64,000 nucleotides of DNA from Fibrobacteria bacterium (GCA_050294405.1 JBNKOC010000028.1:224001-288000), one strand, 5' to 3'. Shown: positions 1 to 8,917, counted from the first letter of the stretch. The notes: a model not told the origin generated them from the sequence alone. Made by a program: numbers and translations.

Positions 1-358
1 ACTGTTGGAAAGTGGCTTGCGCCGCTTCGGAATTGCCCTGCTTGTTATTGATTCTGAATTTCGCCAGTTTCATCAGGCAGCGTTTTCGCTCATCCGGATC
101 TTTTGCCTTTTCAAAAAGAATTAGCAATTGCAGATATTCCTTTTCATTTTTGCTGAATTTAAAGAGTTCGGAAAATTTCAAAGAAAGGTCGAGGGAAAGG
201 TTTCTTTTTTTTTGAATGACTTTATTGAATGTGCTGGGGCTGATTCCTAACTTCAGGCCTAAATACCTGTAAGAGTACTTTTGATTCTGGGATTTTTTAA
301 ACTCCAGAAAATCCGACAAAAATTTCCGATAATCCAAATATTCGTATATGTTTGCCAT
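1..358 (-). CDS. TIGR02147-like (Fibrobacter paralogous family) HTH protein, 3' end runs off the window
   Basis: Not in the ORF track. Manual translation from ATG at 358 gives MANIYEYLDYRKFLSDFLEFKKSQNQKYSYRYLGLKLGISPSTFNKVIQKKRNLS..., open to position 1. It matches the IxEYLDYRxFL...SYR...KRNL N-terminus of this family. Confidence 0.75.
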   Translation of the reverse strand, partial: MANIYEYLDYRKFLSDFLEFKKSQNQKYSYRYLGLKLGISPSTFNKVIQKKRNLSLDLSLKFSELFKFSKNEKEYLQLLILFEKAKDPDERKRCLMKLAKFRINNKQGNSEAAQATFQQ

Positions 359-587
359 CTAATCAGAGTATAGGCAAAATTCTGGATTAGAGTTGGGAAA
401 AGCAAAAAAGCCAAGCCATTTGTTTGTTTTTGCATGAAATAAACTTGAATTAAATGACAAAATGACAGGTTTCCTTGAATTTTTAATTTATAATTGCTCA
501 ATTTTCATTGAATTAAAAGTCTGAATACAGGCATAAAATTTGAGGGTTTAGTATTTTAAAGCATGGGTTTTTTCCCAGGAGGCATTT

Positions 588-755
588 ATGAATCAGCCAG
601 CTAGTATTTCCGCTAATGAAGATCATGCGGTTGAAAAAAAATTTCGAATGGTAAGTGAATGGGGATTGCCAGTTATCTTGGTTCTTACTGGATTGTTGAT
701 GATTGGAATCGGCTATTATTTTTCCATTGTGGAACACGCACATTTGGAATTTTAA
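588..755 (+). CDS. 55-aa single-pass membrane protein
   Basis: AGGAGG RBS at 577-582. Translation MNQPASISANEDHAVEKKFRMVSEWGLPVILVLTGLLMIGIGYYFSIVEHAHLEF has one hydrophobic helix. Confidence 0.65.
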   Translation: MNQPASISANEDHAVEKKFRMVSEWGLPVILVLTGLLMIGIGYYFSIVEHAHLEF

Positions 756-846
756 TTTTCATTAAGTCACCGAGTTTAGTTGGGCTTTTGCGGATCCATC
801 TTAAAAAGATGCTGTACTAGGATTATTTCGAATTCCTTTTGGTTTT

Positions 847-876
847 AAACCTGCAAAACCTATTGCAGGTTTTTTT
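847..876 (+). terminator. Intrinsic terminator
   Basis: Hairpin AAACCTGCAA..TTGCAGGTTT followed by a T-run. Confidence 0.7.
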
Positions 877-910
877 GTGCCTTGAAAGATTTGTAAAAAA
901 AATGGCGAGC

Positions 911-927
911 TGTCGTATTTTTTTACA
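911..927. promoter_or_regulatory. Candidate enhancer-binding-protein site (TGT-N11-ACA)
   Basis: TGTCGTATTTTTTTACA about 50 bp upstream of a sigma54 motif, with an imperfect second copy at about 892-908. Confidence 0.45.
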
Positions 928-975
928 CTATTTTGCAGCAGTATTCAAATTTTAAAAAATTAAGCTAGAGATATT

Positions 976-990
976 TGGCCCGTGCTTTGC
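976..990 (+). promoter_or_regulatory. Sigma54 -24/-12 promoter
   Basis: TGGCCCGTGCTTTGC: GG at 977-978 and GC at 989-990, with the exact -24/-12 spacing, upstream of a PEP-CTERM ORF. Confidence 0.7.
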
Positions 991-1028
991 AATTGTGATC
1001 ATCATGAGGAAAACAATTATTGCATTAT

Positions 1029-1169
1029 ATGATGGACTTTAGTTACAAATTAACAACTTCCCTGGCTCTAGTATCCGAAGATCCCTCTGCTGTACCTGAA
1101 CCCGCCACTAAAGCCCTTTTAGGCTTGGGCGCTTTAGGTCTTTTCGGACTAGGCCGTCGCAAAAAATAA
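1029..1169 (+). CDS. Minimal PEP-CTERM sorting-domain peptide (46 aa), possibly a remnant
   Basis: Manual translation MMDFSYKLTTSLALVSEDPSAVPEPATKALLGLGALGLFGLGRRKK shows VPEP, a hydrophobic helix and an RRKK tail. An alternative TTG start lies at 1020. Confidence 0.7.
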   Translation: MMDFSYKLTTSLALVSEDPSAVPEPATKALLGLGALGLFGLGRRKK

Positions 1170-1198
1170 TTTTTATAATTATCCATTTTGCGAATAAC

Positions 1199-1229
1199 AG
1201 CCCGGCCCTCTGGCCGGGCTTTTTATTTT
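1199..1229 (+). terminator. Intrinsic terminator
   Basis: AGCCCGGCC-CTCT-GGCCGGGCT followed by TTTTATTTT. Confidence 0.85.
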
Positions 1230-1340
1230 ATATTTGAAATTTTAGGGCTTCAAATGAGTTAGTCTGTGTTACGAATTAAAGATAATTGAAGCTCTACTAA
1301 TCCTATAATTTTTTGAAGAATTTTTTTGGGTGACATAACA

Positions 1341-2294
1341 ATGCAAATATCCCGATCCCAACTTCAAAAAGGAGTGCAACTCGAAACGGGAACTTCTGTT
1401 GACCTAATTTTAACCACAAGTCCGGCTATTTGTACCCGTATCACCGGGCTCCATTTTGAAACAGACAAAACATTTTTGTTGCCAAACGCTATCCCCAACC
1501 TTAAAGCTTTAACTCAAGTATTTGAGAGAAGCCCCGAAGGAGAAATACTAATTGTAGGACACACAGACACCACTGGAGCCAATGATTACAACCGAAAACT
1601 AAGTGTGGAAAGAGCACGGAATTTCGAAGCTTTTTTACGGGATGACCCTCAAGTGTGGCTAAAAAATTACAAGTCGCCATCCGCTGGAGATGCCTGGGGT
1701 ACTCGTGAGGATCAACTGATGTTAAGTAGCTTAGGTAACGATGGCATTCCTTTTTATACTGGACTTATTGACGGAGATAGTGGTGCTGAAACAAAGAAGG
1801 CTATTAGCAACTTTCAAGAGAGTGTTGAGCTTGAGAGTACAGGTTTTATGAACGATAACTCACGGGAGTTACTGATAAAAGCATACATGGCCGCAGACAA
1901 TACTTCTATTTCAGAACAGCGCATAACACTTATTCACGGCTGTGGGGAAGAGCATCCCCTGGTAGAAACCTCGGACAATGTAGACGAACAAAAAAACAGA
2001 AGAGTGGAGGTATTTTTATTTCCCTTTGAAACGACCCCACTGCCAGTAGATTGTGCTATTCCCGGAGGCTGTGATGAATACCAAAAGTGGCTGGATCAAG
2101 TGACAGAAACCATTATAATAGATGATAGCGACCCCGATGTTGTGGATAATTTTAAAGTGGAAAAGCGTTCCTTAACCAGGCCTCAAAAGGAAGAACACGT
2201 CACATTTGAGGAAGATGGAAAAAGAGTAACTATTGTTACTTTTCTCCATCTTCCGGATGCCAGCGAAAATTTTAACGGGTTTCCCTCAGTATGA
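1341..2294 (+). CDS. OmpA-like C-terminal-domain protein with inserted PG_binding_1 domain
   Basis: OmpA motifs HFETDK, VGHTD..G...YNRKLS.ERA and NRRVE. Internal YTGLIDGDSGAETKKAISNFQ is PG_binding_1-like. ATG at 1341 (the ORF track starts at 1326). Confidence 0.8.
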   Translation: MQISRSQLQKGVQLETGTSVDLILTTSPAICTRITGLHFETDKTFLLPNAIPNLKALTQVFERSPEGEILIVGHTDTTGANDYNRKLSVERARNFEAFLRDDPQVWLKNYKSPSAGDAWGTREDQLMLSSLGNDGIPFYTGLIDGDSGAETKKAISNFQESVELESTGFMNDNSRELLIKAYMAADNTSISEQRITLIHGCGEEHPLVETSDNVDEQKNRRVEVFLFPFETTPLPVDCAIPGGCDEYQKWLDQVTETIIIDDSDPDVVDNFKVEKRSLTRPQKEEHVTFEEDGKRVTIVTFLHLPDASENFNGFPSV

Positions 2295-4126
2295 GTCTTG
2301 AAAAATACGAGAAGGCCATTAAAGAGGAAAAGGAACGTCTTAAAAAAGATTTATTATCTGGTCTTTTAAACACAAAAATTCTGTCCATACGCCGCACTGC
2401 AATTGAGTCTATGGTGGACCAGTTTGTTAATGTTCCCGCCAGTGTGGAGGTTTTCGATACCCTAAAGGACCCTGCAACAGGAGCCATAGGGCCTGAACAT
2501 TGGAGACTTTTTCAATGGAGAGAGGCAGACAAATTTTTATTTCCTCACTCAATAAATGAAGTGGAGAACTTAAAGTACGGCCAAAAGTTTATAGAGCTCG
2601 GAGCTTTTGTTGGAAATCTAAAAGTTTCCTTGAGAAGTCAAACCCGTGTAGAAGTGGATCGCCAAAATGGCGTTCAATTTATTATTAGAGATAATCCCGA
2701 TGCAAAAAAAATTGTGGATTTTGTTTGTGATGAATTTGGAACATGGTTTTTTGAACATCCCGTAGACAGAGTGTTTTTAAGTCTGAGTCCCAAAGCTTTG
2801 TTTGCCACATTTCTGGAAGAGCGAATCGATATGCAAATCCTTATTAGAATAAGTCAAAGCCTTCCTCCTGATGTGGAATCTGATAACATACCCGTTGACA
2901 GGCCTGCCATGGTGCAAGCGGCAAGTATGCTTATAGCTCTTATACCTGTGGTGGGCAATGCGGTTGCCGCCTATGAGGCCTATACCGGAAAAGATATATT
3001 TGGGTTTAGATTGACTGATTTGGAAAGAGGAATCCTTGCGGCCTCGGTGCTATTGCCCATAGCGGGAAGGCTGGTAAAATTTGGGCGAGCTCTTTATACC
3101 GAATCTCGATTGGTTGCCATGTATGGAAGGGATGCTGCGACCTGGAGCCGGGCTGTGCGGGATGGAGGAAGCGCCACAATCCAGAGAGCCCAAAGAAAAT
3201 CCATTAAGGAAGGAGAGGCTTCGGTAAGATCTCAAGCTCGTTTGAGCAATGCCCTTGCCACTTCGGCCAATAAGGGGGTTAAGGATATTGTTACAAATCC
3301 TTCCGCAATTGTAAAAGCTGCTGACAGCGAAGTATCTTCTTTATTTAATAAACTGATAACTCAACACCCCTTTTTAAAAAGCTTGGATGAGCTGTCGCTT
3401 CAAAGGATTATTGAAAAGGGCCCCAATGTAGATCATTTAAAAGGACAATTGTTAGAAGAGATTTTAGAATCAAAAATAATTCCCATATTGAGAGAACAGA
3501 GAGTTGCAGAAGCATTGGGGCTAAGCGTAGGTCGCAAAAGGTTGGAGTTTATTGCAGGGCATTTGATAAGGGACACGAAAGGTAAACAAATAACCGATGG
3601 AGTTTTGGCCGTTCGAGATGGAACATCCATTGAAATAGTAGCTGTCTTTGAAGCTAAAGCAGGTAAAAATGCCGCAAGAGAGTTGAGTTTAACAAGAACA
3701 AGTAAATCTTCACTTACAAAAGCTGAAAAGGAAGAATTAAGAGCTTATGCAAAAGATGTTTTTAGGGAAGAAAAAGAAATAGCTGCCGAAAAGGGTGTTA
3801 GCTTTAACAAAACATTGGAACAAGTGGAAGACGAAATTTTACTCAATGAATTAGGAGGTCAGGTAGTAAGAGATATTGAACGCCTCTCTGCTAATAATGC
3901 TTTAAAAATAGGGTCAGAAACAGTTCCCATTAAATTTTCACGGAATAAGACAAAGTTTTTTGGGGTTGTTCCTAAAGATGTGAAAACATCCAGCATCGAA
4001 ACGGAACTTGCTGCTGAAAATGTTAAATTTGAAATTATAGGCATGGATGTTACGCAGAATGATTTGAAAATAGTTTCTCAAAAGCTAAAAAGTCTAGCTG
4101 AAAAATTTACAAAGAAAAACCTCTGA
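2291..4126 (+). CDS. Polymorphic-toxin-like protein: pre-toxin TG segment plus C-terminal PD-(D/E)XK nuclease-like domain
   Basis: LIPVVGNAVAAYEAYTGKDIFGFRLTDLERG resembles PT-TG. KGQLLEE..ITDG..VFEAKAG fits the REase E..D..ExK motif. ATGA overlap with the upstream gene. Confidence 0.65.
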   Translation: MSLEKYEKAIKEEKERLKKDLLSGLLNTKILSIRRTAIESMVDQFVNVPASVEVFDTLKDPATGAIGPEHWRLFQWREADKFLFPHSINEVENLKYGQKFIELGAFVGNLKVSLRSQTRVEVDRQNGVQFIIRDNPDAKKIVDFVCDEFGTWFFEHPVDRVFLSLSPKALFATFLEERIDMQILIRISQSLPPDVESDNIPVDRPAMVQAASMLIALIPVVGNAVAAYEAYTGKDIFGFRLTDLERGILAASVLLPIAGRLVKFGRALYTESRLVAMYGRDAATWSRAVRDGGSATIQRAQRKSIKEGEASVRSQARLSNALATSANKGVKDIVTNPSAIVKAADSEVSSLFNKLITQHPFLKSLDELSLQRIIEKGPNVDHLKGQLLEEILESKIIPILREQRVAEALGLSVGRKRLEFIAGHLIRDTKGKQITDGVLAVRDGTSIEIVAVFEAKAGKNAARELSLTRTSKSSLTKAEKEELRAYAKDVFREEKEIAAEKGVSFNKTLEQVEDEILLNELGGQVVRDIERLSANNALKIGSETVPIKFSRNKTKFFGVVPKDVKTSSIETELAAENVKFEIIGMDVTQNDLKIVSQKLKSLAEKFTKKNL

Positions 4127-4143
4127 ACAATAGAAAGGAATAT

Positions 4144-4938
4144 ATGCCAAACCACGAATCCATTTTTAAAAAAACCTCAGAACTGCTCCCCGTTTCAAAT
4201 CCTACCGATGTTAGGGCCAACTTGGCTACAAATAAAACAGCCCCTGCCTGGAAAAAGCGAAATGTTAGCGAGCTCAAAGGAATGGTTTGGCACCAATCTT
4301 TGGGTTGGGGTTCTGTGGAAGCCGTAGCCAAATACCATACGGGAAAAAACTCTCACCTTCGGAAAGGCGGCGTGCGGAGTATTTCTTATACTTTCGCTGT
4401 TCGCCGCAATGGAGAAATTTTGCTTTGCAATGACCTGGAAAGCAGGGTATGGTCTCAAGGCTATAAAGGTAGGGAAGGGGATGAAAACGCTGAATTTGTA
4501 TCTGTTTTGTTTGAAGGTATGTTTAAGGCCGAAGGAGTAACGGACCCATCGGCGGGTGAACCCAATACTGCCCAAATATTGTCGGGACTTGCCCTATGGT
4601 CGGCTTGTAAAGAAGAGTGGGGTTGGAATGAGGATTGTTTATATGGGCATTTTCATTTTGGAAAGCCAGCCTGTCCGGGAGACAGTTTAAAGTCAGTGAT
4701 TTTGGCAGTTCGAGCAAATAAAGCCCCGGAAAAGAAAAAAAAGCAACTTAAGTTTGATAGCGTAAAAGCCAGGCAAACAGCTTTAAAAGAGCTTGGCTTT
4801 TATAAAGGAAAAATTGATGGAGATTGGGGGCCGGGAAGCAAGGGATCCCTCGCAGCCTTTCAGGCCAAATCAGGGTTAGTTGCTGATGGAATTTGGGGCC
4901 CCTTAACAGAAGCCACTGTTCGAAAAAAATTAGGGTAA
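4144..4938 (+). CDS. N-acetylmuramoyl-L-alanine amidase (Amidase_2) with C-terminal PG-binding domain
   Basis: WHQS, YTF and GHFHFGKPACPG give His/His/Cys Zn ligands of the T7-lysozyme type. C-terminal GKIDGDWGP..FQ..GLVADGIWGPLT. AAAGGA RBS. Confidence 0.85.
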   Translation: MPNHESIFKKTSELLPVSNPTDVRANLATNKTAPAWKKRNVSELKGMVWHQSLGWGSVEAVAKYHTGKNSHLRKGGVRSISYTFAVRRNGEILLCNDLESRVWSQGYKGREGDENAEFVSVLFEGMFKAEGVTDPSAGEPNTAQILSGLALWSACKEEWGWNEDCLYGHFHFGKPACPGDSLKSVILAVRANKAPEKKKKQLKFDSVKARQTALKELGFYKGKIDGDWGPGSKGSLAAFQAKSGLVADGIWGPLTEATVRKKLG

Positions 4939-4956
4939 TTAAAGCGAGCTGAAAAA

Positions 4957-5032
4957 TGGTGGAGTCTAGGAGAGTCGAACTCCTGACCCCCTGCGTGCAA
5001 AGCAGGTGCTCTACCAACTGAGCTAAGACCCC
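4957..5032 (-). tRNA. tRNA-Ala(TGC)
   Basis: Reverse complement GGGGTCTTAGCTCAGTTGGTAGAGCACCTGCTTTGCACGCAGG...TTCGA...CTCCACCA. Confidence 0.97.
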
Positions 5033-5218
5033 AGCACCAATTTCAGGGCATTAAGTTAATAATTTCTTGTAAAAATTCCAGGGAAATTGCGCCTTAAAAT
5101 TTGCCTTTAGATGTTTTAAAATCCAACTTTTCAATGATTCGTGCCCATAGAAATGGCTTTTTGCTTAAAAGCTTGCAAAACCATAGGCTGATTGAAGGAG
5201 GAGGTGATGGATATTGTA

Positions 5219-6217
5219 TTAGCTTAAGTGTTCGAGATGGAAATTCCTAACAGCAGTGATTTTAGTTATAGTGGGCTCTATATTAAAAATGCCAAAAATT
5301 TTATTCTTAAGGCCTTTTGAAATTTCATCATTGTTATAAAGTATGTGTTCCTGGTAATATTTTTTAGCTTCCTCTTTTGAAATGTCTTCGTTGTTTACAA
5401 AATCACGCCAAACTTGTTTTTGTCTTTCTATAATGCTTCCATGCATGCGTTTGTTTTTTAGCTTAACGTAATTTTTGGTATGTCGATAAAAGTCGTCGAA
5501 ATCGTAAAAAAAATAATGTAATAAAGATTGAGGAGCCAGATAAGTATTGAGATTTTTGTCATCTTTTAAACCGACAAATTTATGTACAGTACCATGTTTT
5601 GCTTCAATTTCTAAATTGAATGCGCTTTTCCCTCGACCTTGACCATAATATCCATAAATATTGAAATATTCTTTTTTAATTGGGTCCCACATTTTTCTTT
5701 TTATTTTTTTTGTATTTTGCTTAAACAAGGTTTCTTCCAAAAATATATTTTCAGATGAAAGAAGCCGTTGTACTACTTCCAGGTTTTTAAATAGAACAGT
5801 TTCAGTGTTCAAGGGTATGCTTGAAAAAAATTTTTTTAGCTCTCCAGGTTTTTGATGCTCATGGTTGAGACAAATTAATTCATCTGCATCCAAGGAAATA
5901 ATCCAATTATAACCTTTGCTTCTTGCATGTTCGCTTGCCCACAACACATTTAATGATTGCCTAGCTGGATGGTGTGTTTTCCAATTATCTGTAAATATTT
6001 TTAATTCATTGCGACTTTTGTATTGGTCTCCATCCACAGAGTCTTGAAAACATACATAATCCAAATCTTCAACTGTCTCTCTTGTATTGTCTATAGATCC
6101 ATCATCAAATATGTAAAACTTGTCTACACCTAATTTTTTATGGTACAAAATGTTTTTGCGAAGAATTGCCGCTTCATTTTTTATTGTCATGGCAATGGCA
6201 ACTGATGGTAACTTCAT
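5219..6217 (-). CDS. Glycosyltransferase family 2 (Glyco_tranf_2_4-like)
   Basis: IKNEA..YH..LGVDKFYIFDDGSIDNT and WIISLDADE (DxD motif). Confidence 0.85.
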   Translation of the reverse strand: MKLPSVAIAMTIKNEAAILRKNILYHKKLGVDKFYIFDDGSIDNTRETVEDLDYVCFQDSVDGDQYKSRNELKIFTDNWKTHHPARQSLNVLWASEHARSKGYNWIISLDADELICLNHEHQKPGELKKFFSSIPLNTETVLFKNLEVVQRLLSSENIFLEETLFKQNTKKIKRKMWDPIKKEYFNIYGYYGQGRGKSAFNLEIEAKHGTVHKFVGLKDDKNLNTYLAPQSLLHYFFYDFDDFYRHTKNYVKLKNKRMHGSIIERQKQVWRDFVNNEDISKEEAKKYYQEHILYNNDEISKGLKNKIFGIFNIEPTITKITAVRNFHLEHLS

Positions 6218-6260
6218 TTAGGGATTTTTTTGGGACTAACTAGTTGTAAAAACTAAAGAA

Positions 6261-7430
6261 TTAATTTTTGCTTTTCCATTTAGATACACATGGGATTTTA
6301 GATGTATCACAGCGGTCTTTATATTTTTTTGCAATTGCAGTGACTTCTTCCATTAAGCCTTTTTCTAATGTTATTGGCTTTAAGCCTAAACCTACTAAGG
6401 TTGAGTTCTCCACATGCAAATCATTTTCAGCAGCTTCATTTCTAGGGTTTTCCAAATTTTCTATTTTTGCTCCAGTTAAATCAGATACCATTTGAGCTAA
6501 ATTTCTGACTCTATGGGTTTCTGTCATTTGATTCATGATCTTTACTCTAGAACCTGACTCTGGGGGATTTGTTAAAGCGAGTTCAATGCATCGCACAGTA
6601 TCCTGAATATTAATAAAAGCTCTGGTTTGGCCGCCAGTTCCATGAACTGTTAAAGGATAACCAACTGCAGCTTGCATTAAAAAACGATTGAGAACTGTAC
6701 CATAATCTCCATCATAGTCAAACCTGTTAATAAGTCTTTCATCCAGCTTAGACTCCTCTGTTTGAGTTCCCCATACAATACCCTGATGCAAATCTGTTAC
6801 TCTTACCTCATCATTTTTGTTGTAGTAAGCAAATAACAATTGATCTTGAGTTTTTGTCATGTGGTAGATACTACCTGGATTAACTGGATAGAGGATTTCC
6901 TGCTCTAGTGTGCTTCCCGTGTCATTCGGAACAAATACCTTTAAGTAGCCTTCGGGAATTTTCATTCCTGCAGTCCCATAACCATATACACCCATGGTAC
7001 CTAAATGAATTACATGGATATTTTGCTGGGATTCTACAATTGCAGCGAGCACATTATTTGTGGCGTTTAGATTGTTAGATACCGTGTATCTCTTATGCCA
7101 AGAAGATTTCATAGAATATGGGGCTGCTCGTTGTTCAGCAAAATGAACTACGGCATCAGGCTGGTAGTCCTTGAACAAAGTAAGCAGGCGGTGATAGTGA
7201 AGTGCCACATCAAATCTATAATATTCAATTTGATTCCCAGATACCTCTTTCCAAACACGTATCCTCTCACTGAGTGGCTTAATCGGTGTAAGAGATGAAA
7301 CTTCAAGTTCATTATCAATATTTCTTCTTACAAGGTTATCTACTATGACAACATTATGCCCATTTTTTGAGAGGTGCAAAGCCGAGGGCCATCCGCAAAA
7401 TCCATCTCCACCTAAAACTATTACTTTCAT
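6261..7430 (-). CDS. sqdB: UDP-sulfoquinovose synthase
   Basis: [65 protein letters not shown]. Confidence 0.92.
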   Translation of the reverse strand: MKVIVLGGDGFCGWPSALHLSKNGHNVVIVDNLVRRNIDNELEVSSLTPIKPLSERIRVWKEVSGNQIEYYRFDVALHYHRLLTLFKDYQPDAVVHFAEQRAAPYSMKSSWHKRYTVSNNLNATNNVLAAIVESQQNIHVIHLGTMGVYGYGTAGMKIPEGYLKVFVPNDTGSTLEQEILYPVNPGSIYHMTKTQDQLLFAYYNKNDEVRVTDLHQGIVWGTQTEESKLDERLINRFDYDGDYGTVLNRFLMQAAVGYPLTVHGTGGQTRAFINIQDTVRCIELALTNPPESGSRVKIMNQMTETHRVRNLAQMVSDLTGAKIENLENPRNEAAENDLHVENSTLVGLGLKPITLEKGLMEEVTAIAKKYKDRCDTSKIPCVSKWKSKN

Positions 7431-7559
7431 TGTTCCTCCATTATTTGGGCCCTGTTTTGTTCCAAATTTTCCAATTTTGCTGGCTCAATGACAATAGTTT
7501 TTTGAGTTTTTTTAAAAAATCGATTGTCCCTCTCAATGAATTTTTACCATAATTAATTC

Positions 7560-8261
7560 ATGATTAAGGCATTGGTTAAACAGGCCCTTTTTAAGGCCGG
7601 ATATAGACTGACCAAAAATTCAAGTATCAGGCACAGCAGAGGCTTTAATTCAATATATTTAAAAAAATTAATTGAGCCACAAACTGTATTTGATATTGGA
7701 GTTGCAACTGGTACTCCTGAATTATACAAGGCTTTTCCAGACGCTGAATATATACTAGTTGAACCTTTATTGGAGTATAAGAAGCAAATAGATGTCCACT
7801 TAAAGCATTTAAAAGGAAAGGCGTACTTTAAAGCGGTTTCTGATAAAGAAGGCCAAGCATCTATAACAGTTGATACAAACGATTTGCTAAGTTCCTCTAT
7901 GCATAATAGAAGCCCTTTGACTCGAAAAAATCACAAGTATATCAAAAAAGAAATTCAAACGATAACTTTGGATTCTATATATAAAGAAAATCCAAAATTA
8001 AAATCACCACTATTGATTAAAATTGATGTGGAAGGGCACGAATTGGAAGCGCTGAAAGGGGCGGAAAATTTATTAAAAGTGACTGATATGGTGATTGCTG
8101 AAACATCGATTGCGCCAAGGTTTGATGGAGGGTATTGCTTTGAAGACCTTATACTTTTTATGAAGAATAAAGGGTTTAACGTAAAAGACTTTTTAACTGT
8201 CCATTACGCAAAGGATGAGGTTGGCCCCAGGTTTGCTGATGTTGTTTTTGAAAAAAGGTGA
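7560..8261 (+). CDS. FkbM family methyltransferase
   Basis: VFDIGVATG, ILVEP, ITLDS, LIKIDVEGHELEALKGA. Confidence 0.9.
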   Translation: MIKALVKQALFKAGYRLTKNSSIRHSRGFNSIYLKKLIEPQTVFDIGVATGTPELYKAFPDAEYILVEPLLEYKKQIDVHLKHLKGKAYFKAVSDKEGQASITVDTNDLLSSSMHNRSPLTRKNHKYIKKEIQTITLDSIYKENPKLKSPLLIKIDVEGHELEALKGAENLLKVTDMVIAETSIAPRFDGGYCFEDLILFMKNKGFNVKDFLTVHYAKDEVGPRFADVVFEKR

Positions 8262-8361
8262 ACAAACTTTGTTTAAGAATTGTTTTTCACTGTTAGTTAA
8301 CAATTGACTCATCCATATTCCCACTTGCCGGGGGTCCATACGAAAATTAATTGATTGCGAT

Positions 8362-8385
8362 TGGGGAATGGTGGGCATGGGAAGA
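8362..8385 (-). repeat. 24-bp direct repeat of the tRNA-Ile 3' end and flank
   Basis: TGGGGAATGGTGGGCATGGGAAGA is identical at 8362-8385 and 8565-8588. Confidence 0.9.
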
Positions 8386-8571
8386 GTGGACATCGCCCCA
8401 TCCCTGGGGCTCGCCTGCGTTGCAGGTTGAAAATGGAAACGAAACTGCATTTAGAAAACCAATTTTCAATCGCTAAAACTCTTCCTTAAGTTTTAGTGAA
8501 CATTCCTCCCACCGCAAAATAAAAACGGCGCTGGTCGAAAGTTTCTGAGAATTGAAATTGTAAATGGGGAA

Positions 8572-8648
8572 TGGTGGGCATGGGAAGACTTGAACTTCCG
8601 ACCACCGCCTTATCAGAGCGGTGCTCTAACCAACTGAGCTACATGCCC
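8572..8648 (-). tRNA. tRNA-Ile(GAT)
   Basis: Reverse complement GGGCATGTAGCTCAGTTGGTTAGAGCACCGCTCTGATAAGGCGG...TTCAAG...GCCCACCA. Confidence 0.97.
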
Positions 8649-8917
8649 GTAATCCATGAATTTTTTCCGTTCGAATTTCGGCTTTTTAAGTTGGCTGAAA
8701 AAGACAGGCAAGGAGTGCATGGTATATACAAGAGAAGGTTAACATACTCGTAATTTTCTTCTCATTCATGCAATCGCAAACTGCTGCATCGCACTTCGTC
8801 GCAGTAGACTAGCTACAGCTTCCTCAATGCGTTTTGCATTTTGCGCACCTGAATGGCATAAAATTCCGATCCTTAAGGCTGCTTGTGAATATAAAGGCCT
8901 TAAGATAAAATTTTACT

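Noticed and set aside
12..743. ORF-track calls 12-215, 259-501 and 513-743
   Set aside because: They are shadows of better-supported genes, the minus-strand ORF from 358 and the plus-strand ORF 588-755
1230..4956. Prophage or integrative element at tRNA-Ala
   Set aside because: No integrase, holin or structural genes, and no duplicated tRNA-Ala 3' end found at the left boundary
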